Shown here: positions 43,201 through 48,898 of the stretch, in pieces | Numbering within the stretch: the stretch's first letter is position 1 | Layout of the letters: every line of letters starts with the position of its first letter | IMG/VR virus record: IMGVR_UViG_3300035670_000211 | Location: 1-62,132 of that record | DNA from: a virus | Taxonomy: Duplodnaviria > Caudoviricetes | Reading direction: 5' to 3' (one strand) | Length of the DNA: 62,132 nt | Program-made: the position numbers and the translations under genes | Notes under the pieces: model-generated | Seen by the model: the letters and a program-made list of their open reading frames with translations, nothing else | Database searches by the model: none | Told to the model about the DNA's origin: nothing

Positions 43201-45110
43201 GGATCAAACAATGAACCCCATGCTTTTAAGTCAAACATATCACCAGTTGTAGCAAGTGACGATTGTGTTCCCATGGTAAAAAAGTTTTCTACCATATCCA
43301 TAACGGAGTTAACAACAATAAAACTTGTTCTTTGAGAATAATTTTTGCTCCAATTCAAAATAAACGTAGACCAACTATTTGACATCAAATTATTTGCTTT
43401 AATGTTTGCTGCGTTTCCAAACGTTGCTTTTTGCCACGTAGCTAAACGCGTTAAGGCTGGCGTATCACCAACCGATCGCAAGAAGAATGAAATACCAAAG
43501 TTCATGGCAGCCATTGTTGCAGCTTTGCCTACGATTTCTCCAGTTTCCATTCCGAGTTGTGCTTTGTTTGCTTCAAGCGCAGCAACGGTTGTTGTAAAAT
43601 CTTTGACGGCTAAAAAGCCTAGCCCACGTACGGTTGCTTGAGTTGCTGTCAATAACGTACCGGAACTTGAGTAAACACCTTGGCCTAAACCAATCATCCC
43701 GTTAATCGCGTTACCAATACCACGAGCTGCTTGATATTTTAATCCTGTGCCAACGGTAGCTCTTACGGTTTGCCCAGATGCAAGTGTAATTGATTTAACA
43801 CCGGCATTTGCTAGCAAGCTTGCACCTTTGGTTGCCGCCAACATACCGACTAAAAATCCAAGTCCTCTTGCTGTGCCACGGCCAATACCGTCCCAGTTCA
43901 CAGATCCATCAGAGTTTGTCCAACCCCCATTTGCTTCATAAACGCCATTACCAAATAAATATTGAGATGCTTTCCAGCCTTCAACATTTTTATAGGTTTC
44001 GGCAAGAATGTCAAATTCAAAATCGCCGCCGATCATTTGAAGGGCGTCGGCAATACCAGCACCGGCATAAATAAACAAATCACCAATCCCGGCAATGGAA
44101 CTTGCAAACCCTTGAATAAACTGATCTCCGTAAACGCCAAAGATTGCAGGAATTTCAATACGGTTTAACGAACCGTCTTTATTATAGTACGCTTTCGCGC
44201 CACGTTCACCAGCTTCACCTGGATCATAAACTTTATAAAGGATTCCGTTGCGGTGAAGATACCAATCAACCTTACCATCGCCATCTTCATCAATGGTTGG
44301 ATTAAAGTCTTTAAGCAAACCTGCTTTATATAAACGAACGATTTCCGTTTCCGATTCAATGACATCATCGAGTGCATCGAATTGTTCTTTGAACAACACG
44401 GCAAGTTGCTCGTCTTCTAATTTGTTTTGATCTTCGAAATTTGAAAGCAACGAATTACGCGTTGTTAACGTATTACGTTGAGAGTACCATACTTCGCGTT
44501 GATACATAGCTTCGGCTTGCGATAAAATATTTTGTAAATAGGTTAAATTATCGATGGGTGAATCCATCATTCCTTGCTTACGTCGGTTATACCAATAGAG
44601 CGAGGATTTTAAATCATGCCCTTCGGCTTTAAGAATGTCTTCGCCATATGCGCGAAATAAAAAAGTTTGGTATCCGATTCTTCCTTCGGACACATCCTTT
44701 TCTAGTTTCTTAATTTTTTCTTCCCGTAGCAAGAGCTTTGCATCGAGTTCGAATCCTTTTGGTACAAATTGGTTTTGTCTGTAGTATTCCGTAAAGGATT
44801 GATCGTCACTTAATCCAACCGCTGCTCGTAATTCAGTTGCACGGGTAACACCTAAGGTTTCACCGTAAATTGATTTATTGCTAGGGGGTGTATCATATGT
44901 CGAAGCGTCACTTACTCGGACTACTCCAGATGCCCATTGTACCGAACCTTCTTCAGTAGCTTTATTGATCTCATCATCTTGAAAGTCATTTACATTAAAG
45001 CGAGGTGTTTCAAACTTCGGTTCAGGAAGTTTTAACTCTGGAGCTTTAAGCTCGACTTTAAACGGATCAGGAAGCTTACCGAATGAAGGGTCGAAATTTT
45101 GACCATCCAT
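28296..45110 (-). CDS. giant (5,604 aa) polyvalent/ejected protein: putative virion two-barrel RNA polymerase with a DEDDh exonuclease domain
   Basis: R-Y-P...GDVDGD (aa ~3307-3353); DLKFTVAGTKNFK...ADFVF (aa ~3868-3906); ExoI-III motifs (aa ~2637-2861); hydrophobic N- and C-terminal regions. Confidence 0.8.
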   Translation of the reverse strand: MDGQNFDPSFGKLPDPFKVELKAPELKLPEPKFETPRFNVNDFQDDEINKATEEGSVQWASGVVRVSDASTYDTPPSNKSIYGETLGVTRATELRAAVGLSDDQSFTEYYRQNQFVPKGFELDAKLLLREEKIKKLEKDVSEGRIGYQTFLFRAYGEDILKAEGHDLKSSLYWYNRRKQGMMDSPIDNLTYLQNILSQAEAMYQREVWYSQRNTLTTRNSLLSNFEDQNKLEDEQLAVLFKEQFDALDDVIESETEIVRLYKAGLLKDFNPTIDEDGDGKVDWYLHRNGILYKVYDPGEAGERGAKAYYNKDGSLNRIEIPAIFGVYGDQFIQGFASSIAGIGDLFIYAGAGIADALQMIGGDFEFDILAETYKNVEGWKASQYLFGNGVYEANGGWTNSDGSVNWDGIGRGTARGLGFLVGMLAATKGASLLANAGVKSITLASGQTVRATVGTGLKYQAARGIGNAINGMIGLGQGVYSSSGTLLTATQATVRGLGFLAVKDFTTTVAALEANKAQLGMETGEIVGKAATMAAMNFGISFFLRSVGDTPALTRLATWQKATFGNAANIKANNLMSNSWSTFILNWSKNYSQRTSFIVVNSVMDMVENFFTMGTQSSLATTGDMFDLKAWGSLFDPQNIALQGSLLFRNVAGGLRGDDMQMGVAGVTVKLGNLQKMYEGEIVSYLKLADKLSAEGKTDAADAILKTIEKARAMQSGRKDKNIVLGTQDALVYLHETFKNDSNVSPVSKAMEKKFKENMREEIILATNAAVEQYSNFVAAKNGMVQSSFITGDIFDPTSKLYEGMTSDKLKKIDTVVKGFVSGLAQIRTFDKTEASEVVSLLTKNDQIAVFKNREEVIKLLQTSEADPVSMRDVFEIQVTKDKKTKKEKTEIVLKNKFLDKLSKLPEADRTKIIENLNKFIAEKLGGDAKALADFYIIMPRNKGSSDSESQQQYAKAIQILKTLSDVVAAESEVEGGVRTIERIGESDVYLIPMVHIGMGAKNAQNLNAMMVNLFTIKFADNAEDKATALKYLLENLTGEKFDDLMKRPDKVNGVLKTLNALASKGYLTTLQLADVLNNGNIRNIIENNRSLISGTSFSKIEEAFQYSAALEKIKTLKDDISNIPKGNKAVSPEMYKRVQAFITFYENLPAEVKAELIKKRLINEDELKIAASINPQTDVARLKKIFSSSLLGSGFDPNKKEDQEIIRFIEEEFINSEGFKEKFQEESGRTYRQNLEGRIAREKNQFRKLVLQGVLSKVTSSQTPVALTEADIRDIIDNVALKNQDANNKFGKSVTAEDVFETVQEINSQTFRSVFFGDQDKTLVDQFIWNIYKKNSKNKPEYTFDEYSKNKKRNGEKYSPRALVHASVFKDPDMTKTFIENARSGERMTFASKLFSEWFIKDTADAKSSFKIVLNVNELIGSRWKQLRQALSNPNVRAESGNQLDDPQELIKMVFGKDYASVASVELMKELTQKENLPMIYRDQLKETGGLLTFEFYMEDGRIVFKSLDQKQVLINILEKFGYDIYDIENQMEDIDGVYMHVENSGKAMSLSFGSIEEKNAFLRSLRTRATELVDEKIKQEIKSNLDYRERLIQRTGGVPYITDDTVFTFDGVKFIPTFLGVESTEDNPFKVTYVTSVFDAFKGGEIKQGKLGGLLIKAYAMSRALPGASIGIDANLQRDHFIYDVIRTIDEFANKTRGQAEQTEESYNKLIVYLTDEEVQAFKDNGDLYDITPITKRKVAGEQFRQYEIAPKLGFQEKALTYLQNNPNNVQLKYILPLVMYDKPSSYEVAMADYLKQNNLEDSTNRAVSNARRLERNSSGADLIIYVNENVRSIYSENFIKEMYGAPFNITYKSFVSDDIKNGEQEVIDAVKGKTFAEIIELNNDPRFKNNIYFTMLYRQLIGAKFYTEEILFGENNTFGFNSDNKNLAELLADSTIKTMLADGLEEIESANLADKDAIKQKIVNRINDFIKNQNKRERQKVYVLEKDPGSLADFSKKETDKVTSYNIESLGVRNNLKGTISVADIDDIIDTFKNDYEFYRASSYKANNELQDPTISKLLAILETSSSSDNKLNIFVEDLFRLSPEEFKKIKNILVADGRIAKDSIQKLEEKFKSIEKNSTYYRQTFEENYRKPYTYEKSFIKLHNTPSASRTNAVAVVKANDPLSKSNFKKQIQEAASRSKAEPQIGKKQIKLSLADFATDNLMRLFKNMLEEDLYSSFSASRLMNNLSHAKFLGEYVYNIAGVSKALKDFMGEKDPSLTTKDYVKIAMSLYNQASGVTYDRSFPAFFLYDKQTGKVIGIDGTGNNKQALDKIGFIYFKDIENETSDRYWMFNVDKNAFNASGSDLREGFRALELNQENKTKVRSIISNYILKEVGELQALENETMKDKIARVLTRNPTIKDKADYIQTVLETNPTIKKLLDQYTPRGKKQLIKNLFLMGENVRVGSPTNSLALQRSLNSIRWSDPSYRTDTRKQNNLIRNINNFAYLINPEAIPYNFNVAKNIVEKLYNEKTKNQIDFNINKKANQSNEDYRKRIGEIFIEINENGTTSVKAQNQIKALALKYGPLLGEEKVVQDIFAHFVYNKNNGATYNFLMLNNDINNIVVKSLSTEDTKIMNGRYDFRSLLNQELYYGDVESLDNMVYEMSLIKTNPVTDLKETLLNPNNAFANSGKKILIPMFYKGRFLNKTLLNELVPGNQPLEIQIKTLMPEFYDKFIKDNKEVTLRNLENYFKNIDNVVKNIPDFEKLGKKAVQDYIIKEAASYGYTNVGKELPLLVSFNGASFDFGSKDIDGILVKSGIFNTRENIFNQNHLDVLQDIIKEKRFISETIFEDQQKNSLSFLAERFGVKVLGAHDSIEDVKTLAKVLFVLADDFKNTNRITSNILVTLDDIHKAATGREIDQETTIRIGEGVEKIKEEDIGDESTLEFVKAYRDAFDPKNTSAIDEAIGKSMSVIKDYLDSIERDVYRKKVNEMINDDLRNKIKVYENIQKNTSRFLPQMLEYFLAKKYPNKPLDTNVSSYVKKGIESESASGYFTGDLFNLFKFAIGSEYEETGTRAISQYKYDEFFSVESEEEAFNILAKAVKTNWGIQDISYEDFQNNKKLYSGNIIRDASENFLETSFVDETTGVIRTGKEYLQAVNDNEVSRREVNSFRNAQETIFEDVFKGLPEDVVLNMLNKSAEVYLRNVNLDQNSFEERVRLRGLFGSNKFLNQLKSVLNKYSFGSNFRRSEFYDRVTATDRNREYKLYNEKGDVVLEKLKANEIAMSEKTYKELTGISYEDSLKVFYPDDTGKKRYRNIPLNIIRYPQDGIGRQAVLNVRILDKSETKYLNKPIMNLDVLKAFLSGDVDGDSISILQPTKGSVAFNTAISKNYNLIFDIFDQGFDSLLTQEKNILSGSLSETQKVVLDFETQRNFASQFIVADLDNLNKNTINYETLRTQRKDYLKNLLREDANKFSDKDLDDILDQIWIKQYDITEFAKSVGESPFTYVSLNIFASDIEINRNAFLLLNAAKIFNFEKQAAADVYSGYKQKLTNKMSEKINSQDGRALFNYAAFDVSEGTFNIISRNIDATKAAMLTSMVAQADSVRRIIGSDMYKYIVNLVANAETGNDIVSAFQLMNKFIMESEDTKDKFAFGLNQYKNLDKDILDSIKSENLEVLKAFGILTGAFDGKKEFDLENMTMLDFNSKMERIFAAIKSNNLGNYWASSNNSAKRNLNFQLEIQKILDSTENNSRSYKEMYDSVHDIYDKDSDGFVSDMHVNAMILINQNVFGENIEVDTHKIVRGNKKTYGAESISLYKLYGEKVNFEDAKILLGLQAQNRKILKSDILLGNGKTIPAGSKIESVIKNKDGTLNVVFTYKRGYDADLKFTVAGTKNFKSTLGGTVNDNLENAIRDSGVEADFVFSQDSFKQKNATPFFNKILKSRIEKGLVEYYRFVDGKFEKVDSIKDADAWMIKQLPTMISQESFFRRDLKERFTDDIAISTGRRNLTGPIITKDYLFEVDGNEIKFSDKIIEDGYKSFETYNQPTLLENNAASLHAYMLNVINIKYSNLSEAEKTKRYKNLTNYSSSELMDLFSKEFKILHKSEPDFFERLSPIEKILVSDELYQMFLQDGNPRILTSVADLEFSSKTASFARKNAQENKKLRNFRTQGGLARDLTTSKYGENIVLSEAFGNMGMVEYLQFLINKTNEAYGTNIYNLSRKNLQDLSIKKILNLGQGVGGSISDNFGTINLNDALLIDNPQVIGKGSTSQKTGEYIKSPVNSVESGVLKPSLYSEQGAPRLTQEDYTNEEYLNYRSFDSETGKFTSKNYGPELNVELGNGNKRLFRSEARFLANIIGATARAKNNYERATLFGYNPSIYLPFSLTNIAVNPNDQRIQLAYTPDFINSDLKNVTQDLRKKLSSDRFLDIVNAKGKTIKDALGKNLISKGFSEANGKALELQEREDMQSVLKRAAIFGDEIRNTQLDTLLRNLNPEEDFGDSYEAQFQKRIEYQENIEALTTQFKADLLASGGIKVGTTLDLEVERMVKDYATNQKFFMKKFSRPLENLADLAERYGAYQELQKYAALKYYNVVIPQIEAALGKEGILEKDKVELTMLLKNYKEEYSAILGKYNTGEEFVSFFERAYAPLVNYFNSVNKQLGEQFRAYSIVTDQASDMLLYLIKPKVKKGFEKGEQVLSKISMFTYNDESLFKAKDLSGPNYFVNMFDKIAILTKQATIYTMSQKIKQLGLTANKGVMEYVEDSLLNILEIEAKKMVLFKKENAEEAMYNYENFVSDIMRFVPEDEFAAYMQIKKQFISKNTFGENLLSIYKKINETLHNKNVPSKTELENTLRTADKKSKEWDVAYKMMKLYEFKEQTLIMLTNMIDSKDSGNKSVLNGIYEGLKVYAEKNGLELTDRFGRLLSEDPTKYKALFPGSTNELKHLVKFSYFGGGFEKNIVLDALGGEVFVTNKSLANFLDKEVFTTRMPNKILDSIAKLNGITSKLIMSNPFRFIDRLVGFTLYDVATLSSSEPTTMLKIGRAMNEVSAMLQSNFAVISPEMQEFLNETGMGLDKTKLTEIFADYNPEKNTSKLLDNAYFNVFEKGFAAQNIVGRYAYWLAVKEKFDTNKPVNYGPSYDVREAIKNLSAKKDPESGEIIVSASGRKAGYMLSNVLGSPGDFPIMAKKLRGLVMFSTFPLAAARFARNMLGSASVAIKDLMLPENRSDAVRWLSGTALGTAGLFALPWLLFEIWGTLLGLEDEEKEKWKEEGGMPELFRTMYTGSPVINRFNTFNQYALLDSMTIKPFRDAMAEGGTFMDGVGRFFLDNIAARAPAPAKLMAETLGGVDTFGGTIRDVSDQWSMWENFQRKLLGYVIGGSGANALTTYLNKDAQYENNNVIEMIGIGFGKVVEAEMGNTAAYKSEIRNYYKANSLIQTERFKESEGREYSQSNFDLEKYNSLRSEIGRALRRKAKPSVIYGIIVNALESGVGIPEVRSALRNNSLEYKLSTIQNLEGFLSQLSDSEEKTIRDAIAYERQTYPFLDDYVMQVNDLYTTTYNYENTPRKIYIPRVYTNNNRYPARLDTNGYLRNTRFNPYFRIQDPYKAYRASWYNIMNFDDEER

Positions 45111-45132
45111 AATATAATTCTCCTATAGTTAT

Positions 45133-45161
45133 ATATTATACACGAACTTTAAAAAAGTCAA
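45133..45161 (-). promoter_or_regulatory. sigma-A type promoter for the giant gene / structural operon
   Basis: TTGACT-N17-TAATAT (overlapping TATAAT), then AGGAG RBS. Confidence 0.55.
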
Positions 45162-45787
45162 TCTATTTCTTCAACGTATTTAAATTTAATTTTATGAAGA
45201 TCGCTTTTTGAGCGCTTTGTCATCTTGCCTTTAATATGGCGACGGAACGAACTAATCGAAACATTTAATTCATCGGCGGCTTCTTTAAGTGATTCGAATT
45301 TAACCCAATGTTTATTAATTAAAACCATAATCGTTTTTCCTCGGTGTGTGTGATCGAACTCAACATGAGGCGGAACAATCAATAAGTTTTTAAAATTACA
45401 GTCTTGAATCTTTTTATTCCGGTGATAGATCTTTGATCCGGGAACCCAAGTCCGAGAAAACGTGCGTGCCACGAGGTTTTTAACCGAGTAGCGTCGGTGA
45501 TTAATTACCACGGCCAAAAAAATTTCATGCTTTTTATTTTTATCGCGTTTATAAATTTTCATCGGAACGCGAGAAAACTTATTCGCAAGCGGTCCATTTT
45601 CCGTAAGATCTTTTTTCATGTACTTCGTGACGTAGCCACGAGAGTGAACATAATATAAACAATGACGCGTTTCCATAAAGAGCCGTTGATAATGCTCCCA
45701 GTTTTTCCGCCGACGTTCTTCGAGTTCTTCGATCGTCAAAGGATCCGGTCTTCTAATACTTAAAAATAATTCAATGAGATCGTCCAT
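45158..45787 (-). CDS. degenerate HNH-type homing endonuclease with NUMOD1-like C-terminus
   Basis: SVKNLVARTF..IYHRNKKIQDCNFKNL parallels VHRLVA.AF..V.H.DG...NN...NL; FESLKEAADELNV. Confidence 0.7.
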   Translation of the reverse strand: MDDLIELFLSIRRPDPLTIEELEERRRKNWEHYQRLFMETRHCLYYVHSRGYVTKYMKKDLTENGPLANKFSRVPMKIYKRDKNKKHEIFLAVVINHRRYSVKNLVARTFSRTWVPGSKIYHRNKKIQDCNFKNLLIVPPHVEFDHTHRGKTIMVLINKHWVKFESLKEAADELNVSISSFRRHIKGKMTKRSKSDLHKIKFKYVEEID

Positions 45788-46067
45788 ACTTTTATTATAG
45801 TATACACGATTTCATTTCGTCAAGCGAATTCGTCTAACTTTTCTTCCGCCTCATAAAACCAAAGCGGCATAAACATCGCAGCAGCCTTAAGCTTTTGGAA
45901 GGACGCGAAGCGTCCCGCGAATTTTACATTGCCATGACTTTTAATTTCATAAAGGGAATAGATCTTAATTTTCGTTTTCATCGTGCGTATCTCCTAGATA
46001 CTACCAGCATAACACCACCCGAGGCTTACACCGCGGTGAAAACGTTTACATTTTTGTGTAAGTGGTT

Positions 46068-46307
46068 TCAGAAATTCTTTTGTGTCACAGCCAGGAAAGC
46101 TTCGCGGGATTCCGGTCCATCCATATCGATAAACAGATTCGTTTGCATATTCCCATAATACGCAACGAAGAGTTCTCCTTCTTCGCGAAAGTTCAGGCCA
46201 CCGTAGGTCCTGAAGTTCGCTAATGCTTTATTGACTTCACTGATAATCCGCTCTGGACTATCTGCTACTTGAATCAACGTCCGATCTCTTAACAAATAAA
46301 ACATCAT
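46068..46307 (-). CDS. hypothetical protein
   Basis: 79 aa, co-oriented with neighbours. Confidence 0.6.
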   Translation of the reverse strand: MMFYLLRDRTLIQVADSPERIISEVNKALANFRTYGGLNFREEGELFVAYYGNMQTNLFIDMDGPESREAFLAVTQKNF

Positions 46308-46309
46308 GT

Positions 46310-46459
46310 TTATTCATCCCCTTTGTTATACAAACTTGTAATATAGTGTTCGATTGCTGTATAGCCCGAACTTATAAGTACAAGTCCGATAATGATTGCA
46401 CCTACGGTAACAAACGTTGCAATCTCTGTTTGGAACCAGCGAAAGATTTCTTCTAACAT
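46310..46459 (-). CDS. small membrane protein (49 aa, not in ORF track)
   Basis: AGGAG RBS; MLEEIFRWFQTEIATFVTVGAIIIGLVLISSGY... Confidence 0.65.
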   Translation of the reverse strand: MLEEIFRWFQTEIATFVTVGAIIIGLVLISSGYTAIEHYITSLYNKGDE

Positions 46460-46470
46460 TTTTTTCTCCT

Positions 46471-46546
46471 TGGCCTCCCCGATACGATTCGAACGTATGA
46501 CCCACAGCTTAGAAGGCTGTTGCTCTATCCTCTGAGCTACGGAGAG
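46471..46546 (-). tRNA. tRNA-Arg(TCT)
   Basis: CTCTCCG/CGGGGAG-G-CCA; D arm GCTC/GAGC; ACAGC-CTTCTAA-GCTGT; T loop TTCGAAT; 76 nt. Confidence 0.95.
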
Positions 46547-46582
46547 ATCACAGCAGTTTTTCGAGATGCTTAGCTCGTTACT

Positions 46583-46780
46583 TTACAAAACAAATCCGAG
46601 AAAAATTAAAACACTATAAAAAATAATTCCGGCTACGAGCGCTGTTCTACCCACGTTCGTGGTAAACATTTCAAGATCATCCGGAATCTCATTCGTGGTT
46701 AATTCACGAAAAAGATAAACGCCGAGGCCTAATGCCCCTCCGGCTGCAAACCCTAGCAGAATAATTTGTGTTAGGTCCAT
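46583..46780 (-). CDS. small 2-TM membrane protein
   Basis: start moved to MDLTQ (AAGGAGG RBS); the longer track start lies within the promoter. Confidence 0.75.
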   Translation of the reverse strand: MDLTQIILLGFAAGGALGLGVYLFRELTTNEIPDDLEMFTTNVGRTALVAGIIFYSVLIFLGFVL

Positions 46781-46802
46781 ATGTATGTCCTCCTTTTCTT
46801 TT

Positions 46803-46831
46803 ATTATAGACACGTGGTGGCTCCGTGTCAA
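46803..46831 (-). promoter_or_regulatory. consensus sigma-A promoter with internal inverted repeat
   Basis: TTGACA-N17-TATAAT; GACACG/CGTGTC inverted repeat overlaps the -35 and spacer. Confidence 0.85.
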
Positions 46832-46838
46832 CTAGGCT

Positions 46839-47186
46839 TTAATTACGGTAACTAATTTTTATATTAGGCCGAGTATCTTCTTTGGTCACAATATAGATAT
46901 AGGTAAAGCCATCCTTTACCAAGTAATCGATATTATCAATGTCATTCTTTAAATTCTTAATATTCCAACGGTAGTTCGCTGTCGTGAAGAATCCTCCCAT
47001 GATCTCAGTTTTTCCGCTGAGCGTCAGGTAGTTTCCTTCGAAGTCTACTTTAATATCATCTTTTGAAACACCAATCGTGTTCGCTAAGATCACGTAGCCA
47101 TCCTTCGTTTTTGTCGAGACCCATCCGGTAACTTCCGTAATTGGTCTAGACCAGTTCTTCCAAATCAAATCAAAATCTTGTAGCAT
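46839..47186 (-). CDS. small heat-shock protein (Hsp20/alpha-crystallin)
   Basis: DGYVILANTIGVSKDDIKVDFEGNYLTLSG...VKDGFTYI. Confidence 0.8.
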   Translation of the reverse strand: MLQDFDLIWKNWSRPITEVTGWVSTKTKDGYVILANTIGVSKDDIKVDFEGNYLTLSGKTEIMGGFFTTANYRWNIKNLKNDIDNIDYLVKDGFTYIYIVTKEDTRPNIKISYRN

Positions 47187-47343
47187 AAATAAATTCTCCT
47201 TATTTAAATAAATAAATGCGCCGAGCCACCTTCGGCTTCTTTATTATAGCACGCATAACGGATTTTGTATTGCGTTCAAACTTTTCTAATATATTAGAAA
47301 GAGGGTATTCTAATCAGGATCCCCAAAAATTCGGTGACCCTTG

Positions 47344-47570
47344 CTAATAGTATATATTGATGTTGTAAGTACCATTAGTGTATGTGATGTGTGTAAGTAC
47401 TGTTAGTGTTGTGGTGGGGGGGGTATACCTACACAAAAACACCACCCTACCTTTCTACACAGTACCACCAGCACTATAGTACACCACAAAGTACCTACCC
47501 CAACATCACTATATATACTACTAATATATATACTAACCTATATATAACTACTACTACTCTCTCTCTACTA
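47344..47570. repeat. low-complexity imperfect inverted repeat (GT-rich arm / CA-rich arm)
   Basis: TAGTATATATTGATGTTG (47348) vs CAACATCACTATATATACTA (47501-47520); centre G8-TATACC; tandem TGTAAGTAC..TTAGTGT x2. Confidence 0.7.
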
Positions 47571-47609
47571 CGCAAATGAATTTGCCAGAAGCCCTAGTGG
47601 CGTTTGAAC

Positions 47610-47818
47610 GTCGTGGGGATTGAGCGTAAGATTTAGATCGGCACTGGCACTTGAGCCACCTAGACAGTTTCCCCGAGCAACCGGATGACATTGCGTGTTC
47701 AGAACCCTTATCGGGATGTCCCCTGGTTTATCGCTAGACAAGTGATGGTCAAGATCTAGCCTTGTAACGAAGTCGTATCTGATCCCCCTGGATCCCTTAA
47801 CGCTTAATTCCCCGTGAC
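47610..47818 (+). ncRNA. candidate ~210-nt structured RNA
   Basis: ~21-bp closing helix with several G-U pairs, plus nested helices; GC-rich and ORF-free. Confidence 0.45.
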
Positions 47819-47898
47819 CCCCTTACTCCCCTTATTCCTCTTATATACTATTTGGGTAACTTTGTGTGTAACGCTAGTGCGCAGACTGTTATGTCCCC

Positions 47899-47920
47899 TG
47901 TGTGTGTGTGCGTGTGTGTG
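47899..47920. repeat. alternating purine-pyrimidine (TG)n tract
   Basis: tgtgtgtgtgtgcgtgtgtgtg, flanked by the GCAGACT/AGTCTGC inverted repeat. Confidence 0.8.
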
Positions 47921-48067
47921 GGTGTGGAGTCTGCTAGTAATATCTTAGTAGTATATTAGTGGATAAGTGGTAGTTTGGTTGGGTCATGTACAATATATTA
48001 GACATGTGATGTTGGGTATTATCATTGGCATGGGTAAAAAACTTTTTCCACAGCCTCTTTTTCAACC

Positions 48068-48312
48068 AACCTTGGGTGAAAGCATACTTTACGCTCTAAC
48101 CTTTGTCTATTATACTTTACATCATAACGTGTAATTATGCGTTATACCTCATCTTCCTTTTTTCCGAATCTTAATTTGCGTTTTAACCTTGGGTAAAATG
48201 TAAGATACACTCCAACTATGCAGTGTATTCTACGATTTTTAACGTGTATTATATTGTTACAATACTCGAAAATTGTAGTGTATTATGCATTCTATTTTTA
48301 CCTTGGAGAAAA
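48068..48312 (+). repeat. three spaced copies of ACCTTGG(GT/AG)(G/A)AAA
   Basis: starts at 48068, 48185, 48299 (spacing 117 and 114 nt). Confidence 0.6.
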
Positions 48313-48398
48313 GTTTTCTGTGTACTTGAGTGCTTCGCCTCAAGGCTACAGACGACTTGGATAAATGTCTTACTTTTACTTGGATTGTTGTCAAACTT

Positions 48399-48460
48399 TA
48401 AATAGTTTTCCGAAGCTTACTAACTTTTTGTTAGTAGGTTTTGGTGATCTATTTAGATCA
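48399..48460 (+). promoter_or_regulatory. intergenic structured element A, copy 1
   Basis: TAAATA, 15-bp hairpin, then short hairpin containing TATTTA, then RBS. Confidence 0.65.
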
Positions 48461-48475
48461 AGAAAGGAGATTATT

Positions 48476-48790
48476 ATGGCTATTCAATATGCTATCGCGG
48501 TTGACTATCGGGACAATCAAAGCGAAATTAGTACTTATTTTCTTCGTTTTGAATGTGATGTTCTTAAGATTTTTGCTGGAACTTATAACCATGATGACAT
48601 TTTGTTTGTTCGTAACGAAAAGGAAGTTACGTACTTTTCCCAAGCGGACAAAGAAATGGTTGAAGGGTTAGTTCGAAAACTTCATAAAATCTTTCCGAAC
48701 GACATTAGTTTCTACCACAAGTTTACGCTTGTGACTGTGAAGAATGGTTGGCTTTACAAAGAAGACGCTTTAGAAGAATTCTTTAAATAA
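48476..48790 (+). CDS. early hypothetical protein
   Basis: start moved to MAIQY (AGAAAGGAGA RBS). Confidence 0.75.
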   Translation: MAIQYAIAVDYRDNQSEISTYFLRFECDVLKIFAGTYNHDDILFVRNEKEVTYFSQADKEMVEGLVRKLHKIFPNDISFYHKFTLVTVKNGWLYKEDALEEFFK

Positions 48791-48843
48791 ATTCTCCATC
48801 CCTGGTTATTTATAGCTAGGGATTGGGAAGGTATTTACCTTCA
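48784..48843 (+). promoter_or_regulatory. intergenic structured element A, copy 2
   Basis: TAAATA; ATCCCTGGTTA/TAGCTAGGGAT; GAAGG-TATTTA-CCTTC. Confidence 0.65.
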
Positions 48844-48898
48844 CATTTAGGGAGCTCTCCCTTAACAATGAGCAGTCAAATGAAAGGAGATTACCAAC

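Noticed and set aside
44265-44291. DEDGDG as the RNAP catalytic motif
   Set aside because: No DPBB context; fits a DxDxDG calcium-binding loop, whereas GDVDGD at 35052-35069 has the full context
29104-44404. Numerous 60-185-aa ORFs antisense to or inside the giant gene (and inside other long genes)
   Set aside because: Shadow ORFs without RBSs or recognisable motifs
47187-47290. CIRCE heat-shock operator upstream of Hsp20
   Set aside because: No TTAGCACTC-N9-GAGTGCTAA; only a short GCCGA/TCGGC hairpin and an extended -10
47572-47607. GCA AAT GAA TTT GCC... (ANEFARSPSGV*) as a detached tmRNA tag ORF
   Set aside because: No ..AA-type C-terminus, poor resume context, no pairing with the TLD RNA; the start is simply a GCAAA/TTTGC hairpin
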